In this document: positions 1-9,069 of the stretch, in pieces | Position numbering within the stretch: position 1 is the stretch's first letter | Layout: every line of letters begins with the position of its first letter | Assembly: GCA_009781315.1 (NCBI GenBank) | Contig: WQYI01000002.1 | Coordinates: 61,415 to 125,414 of the forward strand | Length of the DNA: 64,000 nucleotides | Source of the DNA: Candidatus Endomicrobium embiratermitis | GTDB lineage: Bacteria > Elusimicrobiota > Endomicrobiia > Endomicrobiales > Endomicrobiaceae | Direction: 5' to 3' | Notes under the pieces: model-generated | Told to the model about the DNA's origin: nothing | Database searches by the model: none | The model's input: the letters and a program-made list of their open reading frames with translations, nothing else | Program-made: the position numbers and the translations under genes

Positions 1-91
1 CGAGCCTGTGTATTATTCCGTGCCCGCATCCCGGGCAGTAAGATAAAACAGAATCTTTAAGACTTTCCGGTTTTGATAATATTTTTTCCAT
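1..91 (-). CDS. 2-oxoacid:ferredoxin oxidoreductase beta (TPP-binding) subunit, N-terminal 30 codons; continues beyond window
   Basis: Minus-strand ATG overlaps the alpha-subunit stop (TAATG). Translation [30 protein letters not shown] carries the CPGCGH motif of TPP-binding beta subunits. Confidence 0.6.
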   Translation of the reverse strand, partial: MEKILSKPESLKDSVLSYCPGCGHGIIHRL

Positions 92-1137
92 TATTTTGCC
101 ATCTCTTTAATTTTTACGAGTATTTCCTGTTCAGTGACTATTCCGCCGCCGGCTTTGCCTAAAAATTCGACGGGAGCTTTCCCGTTTACGGCAAGTTTTA
201 CGTCTTCAATCATTTGTCCGTGGCTTAACTCTACAGACAGAAACTTCGTTCCTTTTTTTGCCAATGAATCTATAATTTGTGATGGGAAAGGCCAAAGGGT
301 TTTTGGCCTAAGCAAACCTGCTTTTATACCTTCTTTTCTTGCCAGTTTTATTGCGGATTTGGCTATTCTCGACGAAATTCCGTAAGCGGTTATTATTATT
401 TCCGCGTCGTCAGTCATAAAAGTCTCATATTTTACTTCGTTTTTGGCGATAATTTTATATTTTTCCTGCAAATTAATATTATGTTTTTCCAATACTCCGT
501 CTTTCATAAGAAGCGATTGTACGGAACGCGGCTGTCTGCCTTTGCAGCCTGTCAAAACCCAGTTTTTGTCGTTAAAATCTTTTTTTTCGGATTTGTTAAA
601 TTCTACGGGTTCCATCATCTGCCCTATTATTCCGTCGGTAAGAATCATAACCGGGCTTCTGTATTTTTCCGCCAAATCAAAAGAATCATAAGCAAATTCA
701 TACATTTCCTGAGCGGAATTCGGCGAGAGAACTATAAGTCTGTAATCCCCGTGTCCGCCGCCTTTAACCGCCTGAAAATAGTCGGACTGCGAACCTGAAA
801 TATTTCCGAGTCCCGGCCCTCCTCTTTGAACATTGACTATTAAAGACGGAAGCTGCAATCCCGCCATATAAGAAATTGCTTCCTGTTTTAAAGAAATTCC
901 CGGAGACGACGATGAAGTCATTGCTCTTTTTCCCGTTACCGCCGCGCCCAAAACCATGTTAGCGGCCGCGATTTCCGATTCAGCCTGAACAAAAACGCGT
1001 TTCAGTTCAACCATCTTTTTGGACATATAAGCGGGGATTTCATTTTGAGGAGTTATCGGATAGCCGAAATAAGCGTGTAATCCCGCCGCTATAGCGCCTT
1101 CGCACAGAGCAATGTTACCTTTTATTAATTTTTTCAT
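91..1137 (-). CDS. 2-oxoacid:ferredoxin oxidoreductase alpha subunit (KorA/PorA/VorB family)
   Basis: 348-aa ORF with a GGPGLG-containing pyruvate-flavodoxin/ferredoxin oxidoreductase alpha fold. Lies between a ferredoxin delta-subunit gene and the beta-subunit start. Confidence 0.85.
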   Translation of the reverse strand: MKKLIKGNIALCEGAIAAGLHAYFGYPITPQNEIPAYMSKKMVELKRVFVQAESEIAAANMVLGAAVTGKRAMTSSSSPGISLKQEAISYMAGLQLPSLIVNVQRGGPGLGNISGSQSDYFQAVKGGGHGDYRLIVLSPNSAQEMYEFAYDSFDLAEKYRSPVMILTDGIIGQMMEPVEFNKSEKKDFNDKNWVLTGCKGRQPRSVQSLLMKDGVLEKHNINLQEKYKIIAKNEVKYETFMTDDAEIIITAYGISSRIAKSAIKLARKEGIKAGLLRPKTLWPFPSQIIDSLAKKGTKFLSVELSHGQMIEDVKLAVNGKAPVEFLGKAGGGIVTEQEILVKIKEMAK

Positions 1138-1209
1138 TTTATACCTTTCAAATGCATAGCAACTACAAAAGCAGTTCCCATGCCTCCGTGCGTCTATGCC
1201 TCTAATCTT

Positions 1210-1413
1210 CTATTTATATACTTCTATACATACATCGGGACAAACCAAATAACAGAATCCGCAGCCTATGCATGCGTCTTCTTTTTCAAGCGTTGCCCAG
1301 CGGTATCCGGCTTTATTAAACTGTTCTGAAAAAGATATGCATTGCTTTGGGCAGGCTTTTAAACATAAACTACAGCCTTTACATTTCTCGGCGTTAATTT
1401 TAATTGTGGGCAT
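1210..1413 (-). CDS. 4Fe-4S ferredoxin, delta subunit of 2-oxoacid:ferredoxin oxidoreductase
   Basis: 67 aa with two CxxCxxCxxxCP clusters (CKGCSLCLKACP and CIGCGFCYLVCP). Confidence 0.85.
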   Translation of the reverse strand: MPTIKINAEKCKGCSLCLKACPKQCISFSEQFNKAGYRWATLEKEDACIGCGFCYLVCPDVCIEVYK

Positions 1414-1493
1414 AACATAAAACCTTTAAATTTTTATATAAAACATTGTTATTTTAGGATTTTAGGAAATTTAAGTCAAATCACGGCAAACAA

Positions 1494-1587
1494 ACGAGAT
1501 GCAGAGATACGGGGATGCAAAGATGCGAAGAAAACAGCCTTTAAAGCCGTTGCTCTGCATCCCATCTTCTCCGCATCTCATCTTCTG
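1494..1587. repeat. Composite palindromic element, GATGCAGAGATGCGG family (family 4), copy 1
   Basis: 5' arm gagatgcagagatacggggatgcaaagatgcg and 3' arm gctctgcatcccatcttctccgcatctcatcttctgc are inverted. Related to copies at 21934-22032 and 30398-30493. Confidence 0.7.
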
Positions 1588-1676
1588 CTGTGTTGTTTGC
1601 ATAAACATTATAAATGTAGTATAATCCGCAAAGATAATTTGAAAGTTTTTAGATTGTTTGAAATGATTGTTCAAGT

Positions 1677-1762
1677 GGGCGGATGGCGGAACTGGCAGAC
1701 GCACAGGACTTAAAATCCTGAGGCTCGCAAGAGCCGTGAGGGTTCAATTCCCTCTCCGCCCA
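1677..1762 (+). tRNA. tRNA-Leu (anticodon TAA), type II with long variable arm
   Basis: Cloverleaf read by hand: acceptor GGGCGGA/TCCGCCC plus discriminator A, anticodon stem CAGGA/TCCTG with loop CTTAAAA, variable arm GGCTC-GCAA-GAGCC, T-arm GAGGG-TTCAATT-CCCTC. CCA not encoded. Confidence 0.9.
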
Positions 1763-1813
1763 TTTTTGCTTTGGCTTTTGAATTTTTGCCTCCTTATACT
1801 CCGGCTCATTTAG

Positions 1814-1915
1814 TTTTAGTCTAAGGATAGGGCGCTCACATCTCGCGTCCGTTGCCAGACTTACGCTCCTTATTCGTCGCGTGGCAACCCGTCTTAAGCG
1901 TCGCAAAAATATCAA
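1814..1915 (-). ncRNA. Candidate structured RNA element, copy A (two hairpins; conserved loop CGACGAAUAAGGAGC)
   Basis: Reverse complement aligns with 47489-47590 and the stem differences are compensatory (see findings). Confidence 0.45.
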
Positions 1916-1973
1916 AATCCTTTGCAAAAAAACTATATAAATTAGTGTTTTGTTTGAGTAAAAAGGAAAAAAT

Positions 1974-2843
1974 ATGAGTGAAAAAAAAGATATTCTCGTT
2001 GATTTTGCTTCAATAGAGAAAAATTTACAAAAATATAAAGTAAAAAACAAAGGAATTCAGGCTATAGAGACGGAAAAGATAGTCGGGAGCATTAACAGGT
2101 ACAATGATTTTTCCGAAAATCTGCTTCCTTACAGAGGCGACTCAAGCATGAGATACGCCAATATTGAAAGAGCTTTGCTCGCGGGAGTTAATCTGCCTCC
2201 TATACAGGTTTACCAGATACTTGACAGCTATTTTATAATAGACGGACATCACAGGGCTGCCGTTGCGAAAAGACTTTTTAACGCGGAATTTATCGACGCC
2301 GAAGTTTTTGAGGTTAAGTTTGAGTTCGATATTTCCACGACAAAGAATTATTCGTACGATACTAAAAGCGCCAAGGATTTTTTGATTAAACTTGAAGAAT
2401 ACTCTTTTTTGTCAAAAACGTATTTGTCAAACGCTGTTTTAAAATATCCTTTAAAAGTCACCGAGCTTAAAAGTTACGGAAAACTCCTTGAGGAAATAGA
2501 AAATTATAAAGCCAGCTATAATAAAGGCGAATTCAGCAAGAAACACACGATTTTTGCTTCGTATCATTGGTATGAGCATAGTTTTCTTCCGTCCGTGTCG
2601 GTTATGGAAGAAGAAGACGTATTGAGCGGGTTTCGCAAAAGAACTTACACGGATCTTTATGTCTGGATACAGCAGCATAAATATTACCTCAGCCAAAAAG
2701 CCGGTCACGACGTCGGGTTCGATTTTACCGCGCACGATTTTTTCAGAAAATATAAAAAAGTGAAGCCTCTGCATCTTATACCGTCGAAAATAAAAGATAT
2801 TTTAAACGGAATTAAGGAACGTATAAAAGACTTTAAGGAATAA
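1974..2843 (+). CDS. ParB-like nuclease domain protein (ParB/Srx fold, IIDGHHRAAVA motif)
   Basis: 289-aa ORF; DGHHR..A motif typical of the ParB N-terminal / ParB-like nuclease domain; an RBS-like AAGGAAAAAA lies upstream. Confidence 0.55.
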   Translation: MSEKKDILVDFASIEKNLQKYKVKNKGIQAIETEKIVGSINRYNDFSENLLPYRGDSSMRYANIERALLAGVNLPPIQVYQILDSYFIIDGHHRAAVAKRLFNAEFIDAEVFEVKFEFDISTTKNYSYDTKSAKDFLIKLEEYSFLSKTYLSNAVLKYPLKVTELKSYGKLLEEIENYKASYNKGEFSKKHTIFASYHWYEHSFLPSVSVMEEEDVLSGFRKRTYTDLYVWIQQHKYYLSQKAGHDVGFDFTAHDFFRKYKKVKPLHLIPSKIKDILNGIKERIKDFKE

Positions 2844-2849
2844 CTCGGT

Positions 2850-3527
2850 ATGAGAATTCTTTGCGTTTCAGACGATGAAGACGTTTATCTAAAGCATATT
2901 ATTGAAACGAGCCAGGATAAACTCGGAAAAATAGACTGTATTTTTTCCTGCGGCGATTTGACGAAAAAATATCTTGAGTACATAACCGACGGCGTAAATA
3001 AAAATTTATATTATGTGGTCGGAAACCATTTTGTTTCGCAGTTTTACCAGGACGGCGGAAAAGAATCGGATTTTGGTTTGGGCGGAACAGATATGCACGG
3101 CAGATTCGAGGTTGTCGGAAATTATATTGTCGTAGGTTTCGGCGGCTCTAAGAGATATAATCCCGGAAAATTCCAATTTGAAGAAAACGAAATGGAAAAA
3201 ATAGTAAGGAAAACGACGACGGCGGTAAAGCGTCGCCGTTTTTTCGATTTAATGGCTTCGAATAAAACGAAAGATATAATTGTTATAACGCACGCTCCGG
3301 TCGCGGGCGTTCATGATAAGCCCGACAGATGTCACAGCGGATTCGAGTGTTTCAGAAATTTTATCTCGGAAATGAAACCTTTGCTTTGGCTTCACGGGCA
3401 TATTCATGAAAATCGCAAAAAAATACAGCAGACCGTGCTTCATAATACCCTTATAGTAAATGCCGTTCCTTCAAAAATAATAGAAATAAACGATTCCGAA
3501 CTTTCCGTACGGCGAATAATTGATTAG
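2850..3527 (+). CDS. Calcineurin-like metallophosphoesterase
   Basis: 225 aa with GDLT, VVGNHF and GHIH metal-binding motifs; starts 7 nt after the previous stop. Confidence 0.7.
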   Translation: MRILCVSDDEDVYLKHIIETSQDKLGKIDCIFSCGDLTKKYLEYITDGVNKNLYYVVGNHFVSQFYQDGGKESDFGLGGTDMHGRFEVVGNYIVVGFGGSKRYNPGKFQFEENEMEKIVRKTTTAVKRRRFFDLMASNKTKDIIVITHAPVAGVHDKPDRCHSGFECFRNFISEMKPLLWLHGHIHENRKKIQQTVLHNTLIVNAVPSKIIEINDSELSVRRIID

Positions 3528-3629
3528 CGGCGCCTGCCTGCTTTAATTGAAAATTTTGTATAATATGCAAATTCAAAACAGCACGGAGTTAACCGAACTC
3601 CTGACTGTCTTTATAAACAGGATAATAAA

Positions 3630-5369
3630 ATGAAAGAACAAAAATCATTGGATACTTTGAGACATTCCGCGTCGCATATAATGGCTGCGGCCGTTACAGA
3701 ACTTTTTCCGGATACAAAAGTCGCGATAGGCCCTTCCATAGAAGAAGGCTTTTACTACGATTTCGACAGACCCGAGCCGTTTACCCCCGAAGATTTGTCG
3801 AAAATAGAAGAAAAAATGAAAGAGATTATAAAAGAGAATCATCCTTTTGTTTGTTCTTCCGTGCCAAAAGACGATGCGGTCAAAGAATTTAACTCAAAAG
3901 GCGAAAAATACAAAGCCGAAATAGCTTCGGAAATTCCCGATGACAAAGTCAGTATTTATAAATCCGGAGATTTTACCGACCTTTGCAGAGGTCCTCACGT
4001 CGCTTCGACGGGAGAAGTACAAAATTTTAAGCTTCTTTCCGTTGCCGGCGCGTACTGGAGAGGGGATTCTTCAAGAGAGATGCTGCAAAGGATTTACGGC
4101 ACCGCGTTTTTTACAAAAGAAGATTTAGACGAATATTTAAAGAAACTTGAAGAAATACAAAAAAGAGACCACAGAAAACTCGGAAAAGATTTAGACCTTT
4201 TCAGCGTTCACGACGCGGTAGGTGGAGGACTTGTTTTGTGGCACCCAAAAGGCGCTCTTTTAAGAGATATAATCGAAACCTACTGGAAACAGTTTCATAT
4301 TAACAATGGTTACGAGCTGTTGCTTACGCCTCATATAGCAAGCGAAGAACTTTTCAGCATAAGCGGCCATTTGCAGACGTATTCCGAAAATATGTACGCG
4401 CCGATGGAAATAGAGGGCAAACCATACCGCGTAAAACCCATGAATTGCCCCATGCATTTAATGGTGTATAAAACAAAGCTTCACTCTTACAGGGAGCTTC
4501 CGATAAGGTACGCTGAGCTCGGAACGGTTTACAGGTTTGAGAAATCTGGCGTTTTGCACGGACTTTTACGCGTCAGGGGGTTTACGCAGGACGACGGACA
4601 TGTAATAGTTTCTCCGGAACAGCTTGAAGGCGAAATGCTTACGATTTTTAATATGGCCGTAAATATGCTTAAAACTTTCGGTTTTAGCGATTATAAAATT
4701 TATCTTGCCACAAGACCTGAAAAAAAATACGTAGGAGAAGTTTCAGATTGGGAAAAAGCTCAAAAATCAATAGAAAGCGCTTTGAAAAAAACAGGTTATG
4801 AATATGAACTTGACGAAGGCGGCGGCGCTTTTTACGGTCCCAAAATAGACATAAAAATAAAAGACGCCATAGGCAGGCTATGGCAGTGTTCTACTATACA
4901 GTTTGATTTTAACCTTCCGGAAAGATTTGATATTACATATATTGATTCATCCGGAAAAAAAGCAAGACCTTATATGATTCACAGAGCTTTAATGGGTTCG
5001 CTTGAAAGATTTACAGGCGTTTTACTTGAGCATTATTCGGGCGCGCTTCCTTTATGGCTGTCGCCGATACAAGTTGCTATAGCTAATATCAACGATGAGC
5101 AGAGCGAATATTGTAAAGAGTTGCTGGATAAATTGAAAAAAGAGGGAATAAGAGCTGTTTTAGACGACAGAAATGAAAAAATCGGCCATAAAATCAGGGA
5201 AAACGCAATGCAGAAAATACCTTATATAGCGGTTGTAGGAAACAAAGAAAAAGAAGCCGGTTCTGTTGCCGTAAGAGCAAGGGGAAACAAAGATTTAGGC
5301 GTAATTAAAATTGACGATTTTATAAACCTTTTAAAAGAAAAAAGCATTCCCGGCGTAAACGAACTTTAA
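3630..5369 (+). CDS. thrS: Threonine--tRNA ligase (short form lacking the N-terminal TGS domain)
   Basis: 579 aa; begins at the HxxxH editing-domain region ([12 protein letters not shown]), followed by the class II core and a C-terminal anticodon-binding domain. Confidence 0.92.
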   Translation: MKEQKSLDTLRHSASHIMAAAVTELFPDTKVAIGPSIEEGFYYDFDRPEPFTPEDLSKIEEKMKEIIKENHPFVCSSVPKDDAVKEFNSKGEKYKAEIASEIPDDKVSIYKSGDFTDLCRGPHVASTGEVQNFKLLSVAGAYWRGDSSREMLQRIYGTAFFTKEDLDEYLKKLEEIQKRDHRKLGKDLDLFSVHDAVGGGLVLWHPKGALLRDIIETYWKQFHINNGYELLLTPHIASEELFSISGHLQTYSENMYAPMEIEGKPYRVKPMNCPMHLMVYKTKLHSYRELPIRYAELGTVYRFEKSGVLHGLLRVRGFTQDDGHVIVSPEQLEGEMLTIFNMAVNMLKTFGFSDYKIYLATRPEKKYVGEVSDWEKAQKSIESALKKTGYEYELDEGGGAFYGPKIDIKIKDAIGRLWQCSTIQFDFNLPERFDITYIDSSGKKARPYMIHRALMGSLERFTGVLLEHYSGALPLWLSPIQVAIANINDEQSEYCKELLDKLKKEGIRAVLDDRNEKIGHKIRENAMQKIPYIAVVGNKEKEAGSVAVRARGNKDLGVIKIDDFINLLKEKSIPGVNEL

Positions 5370-5373
5370 AGGC

Positions 5374-5408
5374 AAAGTTCAAAGTGTAAAGTGAAAAGTT
5401 CAAAGAGC
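5374..5408. repeat. Solo arm of the AAAGTGAAAAGTG composite-element family (family 2)
   Basis: caaagttcaaagtgtaaagtgaaaagttcaaagagc matches the 5' arms of the elements at 37186, 49014, 55535 and 61361, but no core or partner arm follows. Confidence 0.5.
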
Positions 5409-5409
5409 A

Positions 5410-5439
5410 TTGACATACCTATTGCAGTTATTGTATAAT
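5410..5439 (+). promoter_or_regulatory. Sigma-70-type promoter, TTGACA-N18-TATAAT with a TG just upstream of the -10
   Basis: cattgacatacctattgcagttattgtataatt; near-consensus hexamers about 165 nt upstream of the infC coding region. Confidence 0.6.
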
Positions 5440-5541
5440 TTTTAAATATTAATAATAAAGAAGCCGTCCCGGCTCACCTTGACCAAAATGAAATTATAGG
5501 AAAAAGGTTAAAAAACAGGCAATAATTTGTATCTCATAATC

Positions 5542-5575
5542 ACGGGGCGGGATTTTCCGTCCCGATTTTTTTATT
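5542..5575 (+). terminator. Stem-loop plus U-tract in the infC leader (attenuator-like, or thrS terminator)
   Basis: CGGGGCGG-GATTTT-CCGTCCCG (one G.U pair) followed by ATTTTTTTATTT, lying between the promoter and the infC coding region. Confidence 0.55.
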
Positions 5576-5603
5576 TAAATTCTGCCAAAGGCAGAGGGAG
5601 GAC

Positions 5604-6131
5604 ATCGTCGAAAACAAGAGATATCGTACCAACCAGTTCATAAGGGTAGCGGAGGTCAGGCTTATTGATTCCGACGGGCAGCAGGTAGGCGTTGTTAAAA
5701 CCTCAGAAGCTTTATCTATGGCTCAGGCAAAAGGTTTGGATTTAGTGGAAATTTCTCCGCAGGCAGTTCCGCCTGTGTGCAAAATAGTCAATTTTTCCAA
5801 GTTCAGATACGAAATGGAAAAGAAAGAAAAAGAAGCGAGAAAAAAACAAAAAATTACGCATACTAAAGAGGTCAGAATAAGGCCGCGCATAGGCGAACAT
5901 GATTTGGAAGTGAAAATAAAACACGCCAGGGAATTTATAGAGAAAGGCGATAAAGTCCAGATTACCGCTATGTTTTCCGGCAGAGAAATGCAGCATAAAG
6001 AGCTGGGTATAAAAATAATGGACAGAATAAAAGACGCTTTATCGGACATTGCCGAGCCGGAAGGTAGAACGTCTTCAATGGGAACCAGAGTGTTTTTAAC
6101 TTTGATTCCGAAGAAAAAACTTTCAAAATAA
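5604..6131 (+). CDS. infC: Translation initiation factor IF-3; start uncertain, probably a non-AUG codon (AUC at 5604 or AUU at 5565)
   Basis: The conserved IF-3 N-terminal region (KRYRTNQFIRVAEVRLIDSDGQQVGVV) lies upstream of the first ATG at 5718. There is no in-frame ATG/GTG/TTG between the TAA at 5523 and 5718. GGAGG at 5597-5601. Confidence 0.8.
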   Translation: MVENKRYRTNQFIRVAEVRLIDSDGQQVGVVKTSEALSMAQAKGLDLVEISPQAVPPVCKIVNFSKFRYEMEKKEKEARKKQKITHTKEVRIRPRIGEHDLEVKIKHAREFIEKGDKVQITAMFSGREMQHKELGIKIMDRIKDALSDIAEPEGRTSSMGTRVFLTLIPKKKLSK

Positions 6132-6158
6132 ATAATAACAAATATCGGAGGATTTACT

Positions 6159-6359
6159 ATGCCTAAAATGAAAACGCACAGCGGCGCAAAAAAGCGCTTT
6201 AAAGTTACCGGAACCGGAAAAGTAAAATATAAAAAGCCCGGGCAGAGACACTTGTTAACCGGAGATTCGGGAAACCAAAACAGAAAATCAAGAAAAGCCT
6301 CAATAGTCGATAAGGCTGATATGAACACTATGAAGAAGTATTTGCCATATAACTTCTAA
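6159..6359 (+). CDS. rpmI: 50S ribosomal protein L35
   Basis: MPKMKTHSGAKKRFKVTGTGK..., typical L35. Confidence 0.9.
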   Translation: MPKMKTHSGAKKRFKVTGTGKVKYKKPGQRHLLTGDSGNQNRKSRKASIVDKADMNTMKKYLPYNF

Positions 6360-6400
6360 ACAACAATTAATAGTCAATAATTAGGAAGGGGTAATGTAAA

Positions 6401-6748
6401 ATGCGTACGAAAAGTTCCGTCTATACAAGACAAAGAAAGAAAAAATACTTAAGAATCGCCAAAGGCTCTTACGCCACGAAGAAAAACCGCTGGAGAATGG
6501 TAATGCAGCAGGTTGAGAGATCTCTCGATTATGCTTATGTCGGCAGAAAAGACAATAAAGCCAATTTCAGAACTCTCTGGATTATCCGTTTGAACGCGGC
6601 CGTAAGGGAAGAAGGAATGTCTTATAACAGGTTTATTTCCGGGCTTAAAAAAGCCAGCGTCGTTATCGACAGAAAAATGCTCGCGGATATAGCCGTTAAT
6701 GACAACGCTTCTTTTAAGCAGCTTGTCCAAATAGCAAAATCCGCATAA
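6401..6748 (+). CDS. rplT: 50S ribosomal protein L20
   Basis: 115 aa, highly basic; follows infC-rpmI. Confidence 0.9.
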   Translation: MRTKSSVYTRQRKKKYLRIAKGSYATKKNRWRMVMQQVERSLDYAYVGRKDNKANFRTLWIIRLNAAVREEGMSYNRFISGLKKASVVIDRKMLADIAVNDNASFKQLVQIAKSA

Positions 6749-6756
6749 AATAAAAA

Positions 6757-8082
6757 ATGAATTATTCGCCGGCAAAAACCTTAATATTGTTTTTTCTCGT
6801 TCTAATAACCGCGGGAACGGTATTATTGTTGTTGCCTGTTTCAAGAAATTCCGGATTTGATTGTTCAATTTTGACATGTTTTTTTACTTCCGTTTCGGCT
6901 GTAAGCGTAACAGGTCTTACGGTCGTTCCAACAGGTGAATATTTCTCATTTTTCGGTCAGACCGTAATATTGCTTTTGATACAGCTTGGCGGTTTGGGTT
7001 ATATGTTTGTTTCAACCGTCGTCACTTTGCTTATAGGCAAAATGGCTTTAAAAGACAGACGCATAATGAAGGAAATTTTCGATATTTCGTCTTTTAGCGA
7101 TTTAAAAAAGCTCCTTTATAAAGCCGTGTTTTTTGTTCTAGCTATAGAGTTTATCGGGGCAATTATTCTTACGGCGTTTTTTATGCGGCAATTCTCTTTT
7201 TTGAAATCGGTTTATCTCGGTATATTTCATTCGGTATCTGCTTTTTGCAATGCAGGTTTTAGTTTGTTTCCCGACAGTTTGATAAGTTACGCAGGCTCTC
7301 CGGTTTTGCTTTATACGATCATGTTTCTTATATTGCTTGGCGGTTTAGGGTTCTTTGTAATAGTGGATTTATACGATACATACAGATATAAGCGTTTGCA
7401 TTTGACAACAAATACCAAAGTTATTCTTTCGATTTCCGCCGCGATTATTATTTTCGGATTCGTATTTTTCTTTTTGTCGGAAAAGGTTTACGCTTTCGGG
7501 CTTCTGAAAAACGCAAGCGTTTTGGATGCCGTCAATAATTCTCTGTTTCAGTCGATAAGCGCGCGAACGGCGGGTTTTAATTCGGTTCCTGCCGAACATT
7601 TTAACCGTTTTACGAAAGTGATATTATCTTTTCTTATGTCTATCGGCGCAGCTCCCGGAAGCACCGCGGGCGGCCTTAAAATTACTACGCTTGCGCTTGT
7701 TTTTGTTTTTGTAAGAAGCTCGGTTAAATCAGAAGAAGATTATGTTCTTTTTAAAAAAAGAATTCCTTGGGATTTAATAAAAAAAGCGTTAACTATTTTT
7801 ATAATATATTTTACGGCAATGGCGGTTTTTTCGGCAATTCTTGTTATGTTTGAATCCTCCCAAGCTTCCGTTGATATGATTTTTGAAACCGTTTCGGCTT
7901 TCGGGACGGCAGGCTTAGACTCGGGCATTACGCCTCTATTGTCGGCCGGAGGAAAATTTATTGTCATAGCGTCTATGATAACGGGACGAATCGGAATTTT
8001 GACTATTCTAATTTTAATGGTAACTTCTACGGTAAAAAGAAAAAATATAAAGTACCCTGAAGCAAGAGTACTTGTAGGGTAG
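6757..8082 (+). CDS. TrkH/KtrB family potassium uptake protein
   Basis: 441-aa polytopic membrane protein; GLTxV/GYxFxS and SAxxTxG/GGLK selectivity-filter-like segments; adjacent to a TrkA-like gene. Confidence 0.8.
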   Translation: MNYSPAKTLILFFLVLITAGTVLLLLPVSRNSGFDCSILTCFFTSVSAVSVTGLTVVPTGEYFSFFGQTVILLLIQLGGLGYMFVSTVVTLLIGKMALKDRRIMKEIFDISSFSDLKKLLYKAVFFVLAIEFIGAIILTAFFMRQFSFLKSVYLGIFHSVSAFCNAGFSLFPDSLISYAGSPVLLYTIMFLILLGGLGFFVIVDLYDTYRYKRLHLTTNTKVILSISAAIIIFGFVFFFLSEKVYAFGLLKNASVLDAVNNSLFQSISARTAGFNSVPAEHFNRFTKVILSFLMSIGAAPGSTAGGLKITTLALVFVFVRSSVKSEEDYVLFKKRIPWDLIKKALTIFIIYFTAMAVFSAILVMFESSQASVDMIFETVSAFGTAGLDSGITPLLSAGGKFIVIASMITGRIGILTILILMVTSTVKRKNIKYPEARVLVG

Positions 8083-8089
8083 GTAAAGT

Positions 8090-8794
8090 ATGAAAAAGAG
8101 ACAATTTGGCGTTATAGGGCTTGGAACTTTCGGATTTAACGTCGCCGCAGAGCTTGCAAAAAAAGGCATGCAGGTTCTCGCCATAGACAATGATACGGAG
8201 ATAATCAACAGAATAAGCGAATCCGTCACTCAGGCTTTGGTCGTTGACGCGACGGACGAAAAAGCTATGTTTAACGCGGGGATTGCCGACTGCGACAGCG
8301 TGATTATTTCAATAGGCGAAAGCATAGAAACCAGCATACTTGCGACTTTAATCGTAAAAGAACTGGGCGTTAAAAACGTTATAGTAAAATGCGTAAGTTT
8401 GTGGCATTCCAAAGTCGCGGCGAAACTCGGCGCGGACACCGTGGTTTACCCTGAGTTTGAAATGGCAAAAAAACTTGTCGACAGCATAATTACTCCTAAT
8501 ATTTTAGAGCAGATAGAACTTTCAAAAGATTATAATCTTTTGGAGATAGTCGCTCCTAAAGAATTCTGGGGAAAAACAATTAAAACTTCCGGCATAAGAA
8601 ACAATTACGGCATAAACGTCATCGCGGTGAGAAAACAAATTCCCATTGTAGACGATAACGGGCATACCGACATAAAAGAAGAAATAAATATGGTTCCGGG
8701 AGCCGATGACGAAATAAACCAAAATGACGTGTTAGTAGTGGTAGGTTCTCATAGTTCTCTCGAAAAAATTAAAAAAATAAAGGATATTAAATGA
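8090..8794 (+). CDS. TrkA/KtrA NAD-binding regulatory subunit
   Basis: 234 aa; Rossmann GxGxxG (GLGTFG) plus TrkA-C domain. Confidence 0.8.
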   Translation: MKKRQFGVIGLGTFGFNVAAELAKKGMQVLAIDNDTEIINRISESVTQALVVDATDEKAMFNAGIADCDSVIISIGESIETSILATLIVKELGVKNVIVKCVSLWHSKVAAKLGADTVVYPEFEMAKKLVDSIITPNILEQIELSKDYNLLEIVAPKEFWGKTIKTSGIRNNYGINVIAVRKQIPIVDDNGHTDIKEEINMVPGADDEINQNDVLVVVGSHSSLEKIKKIKDIK

Positions 8795-9069
8795 GCGGTA
8801 ATAATATTAAAAATGAAACTGACCTTATGGAAATGGGCAAGTTTTATTTTTTAAACAATAAGTATGACGAAGCAGTGGCGGAATTTAAAAAAGTTTTGGA
8901 ATTAAACACGAATAACGCCGAAGCTTATTATAATATAGGTTTGATAAACGAAACTTCAAACAATACCGACGAAGCTAAAAAAATGTATTCAAAAGCTTTA
9001 TCCATCAATCCAGATTATAAAACGGCAAGAGAAAAATTAAACAGGCTTATAGGACTTGAAGATGAATAA
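8791..9069 (+). CDS. Tetratricopeptide-repeat protein
   Basis: 92 aa with AEAYYNIG / KALSINPDY TPR signatures; overlaps neighbours by 4 nt and 14 nt. Confidence 0.6.
   Translation: MSGNNIKNETDLMEMGKFYFLNNKYDEAVAEFKKVLELNTNNAEAYYNIGLINETSNNTDEAKKMYSKALSINPDYKTAREKLNRLIGLEDE

Noticed and set aside
3528-3629. T-box or other riboswitch leader upstream of thrS (and upstream of pheS)
   Set aside because: The thrS leader is only about 100 nt with one short hairpin, too short for a T-box. pheS starts inside the preceding TPR gene with no leader.
5723-6328. 201-aa minus-strand ORF
   Set aside because: It is antisense to infC and rpmI, both confidently identified, and is spurious.
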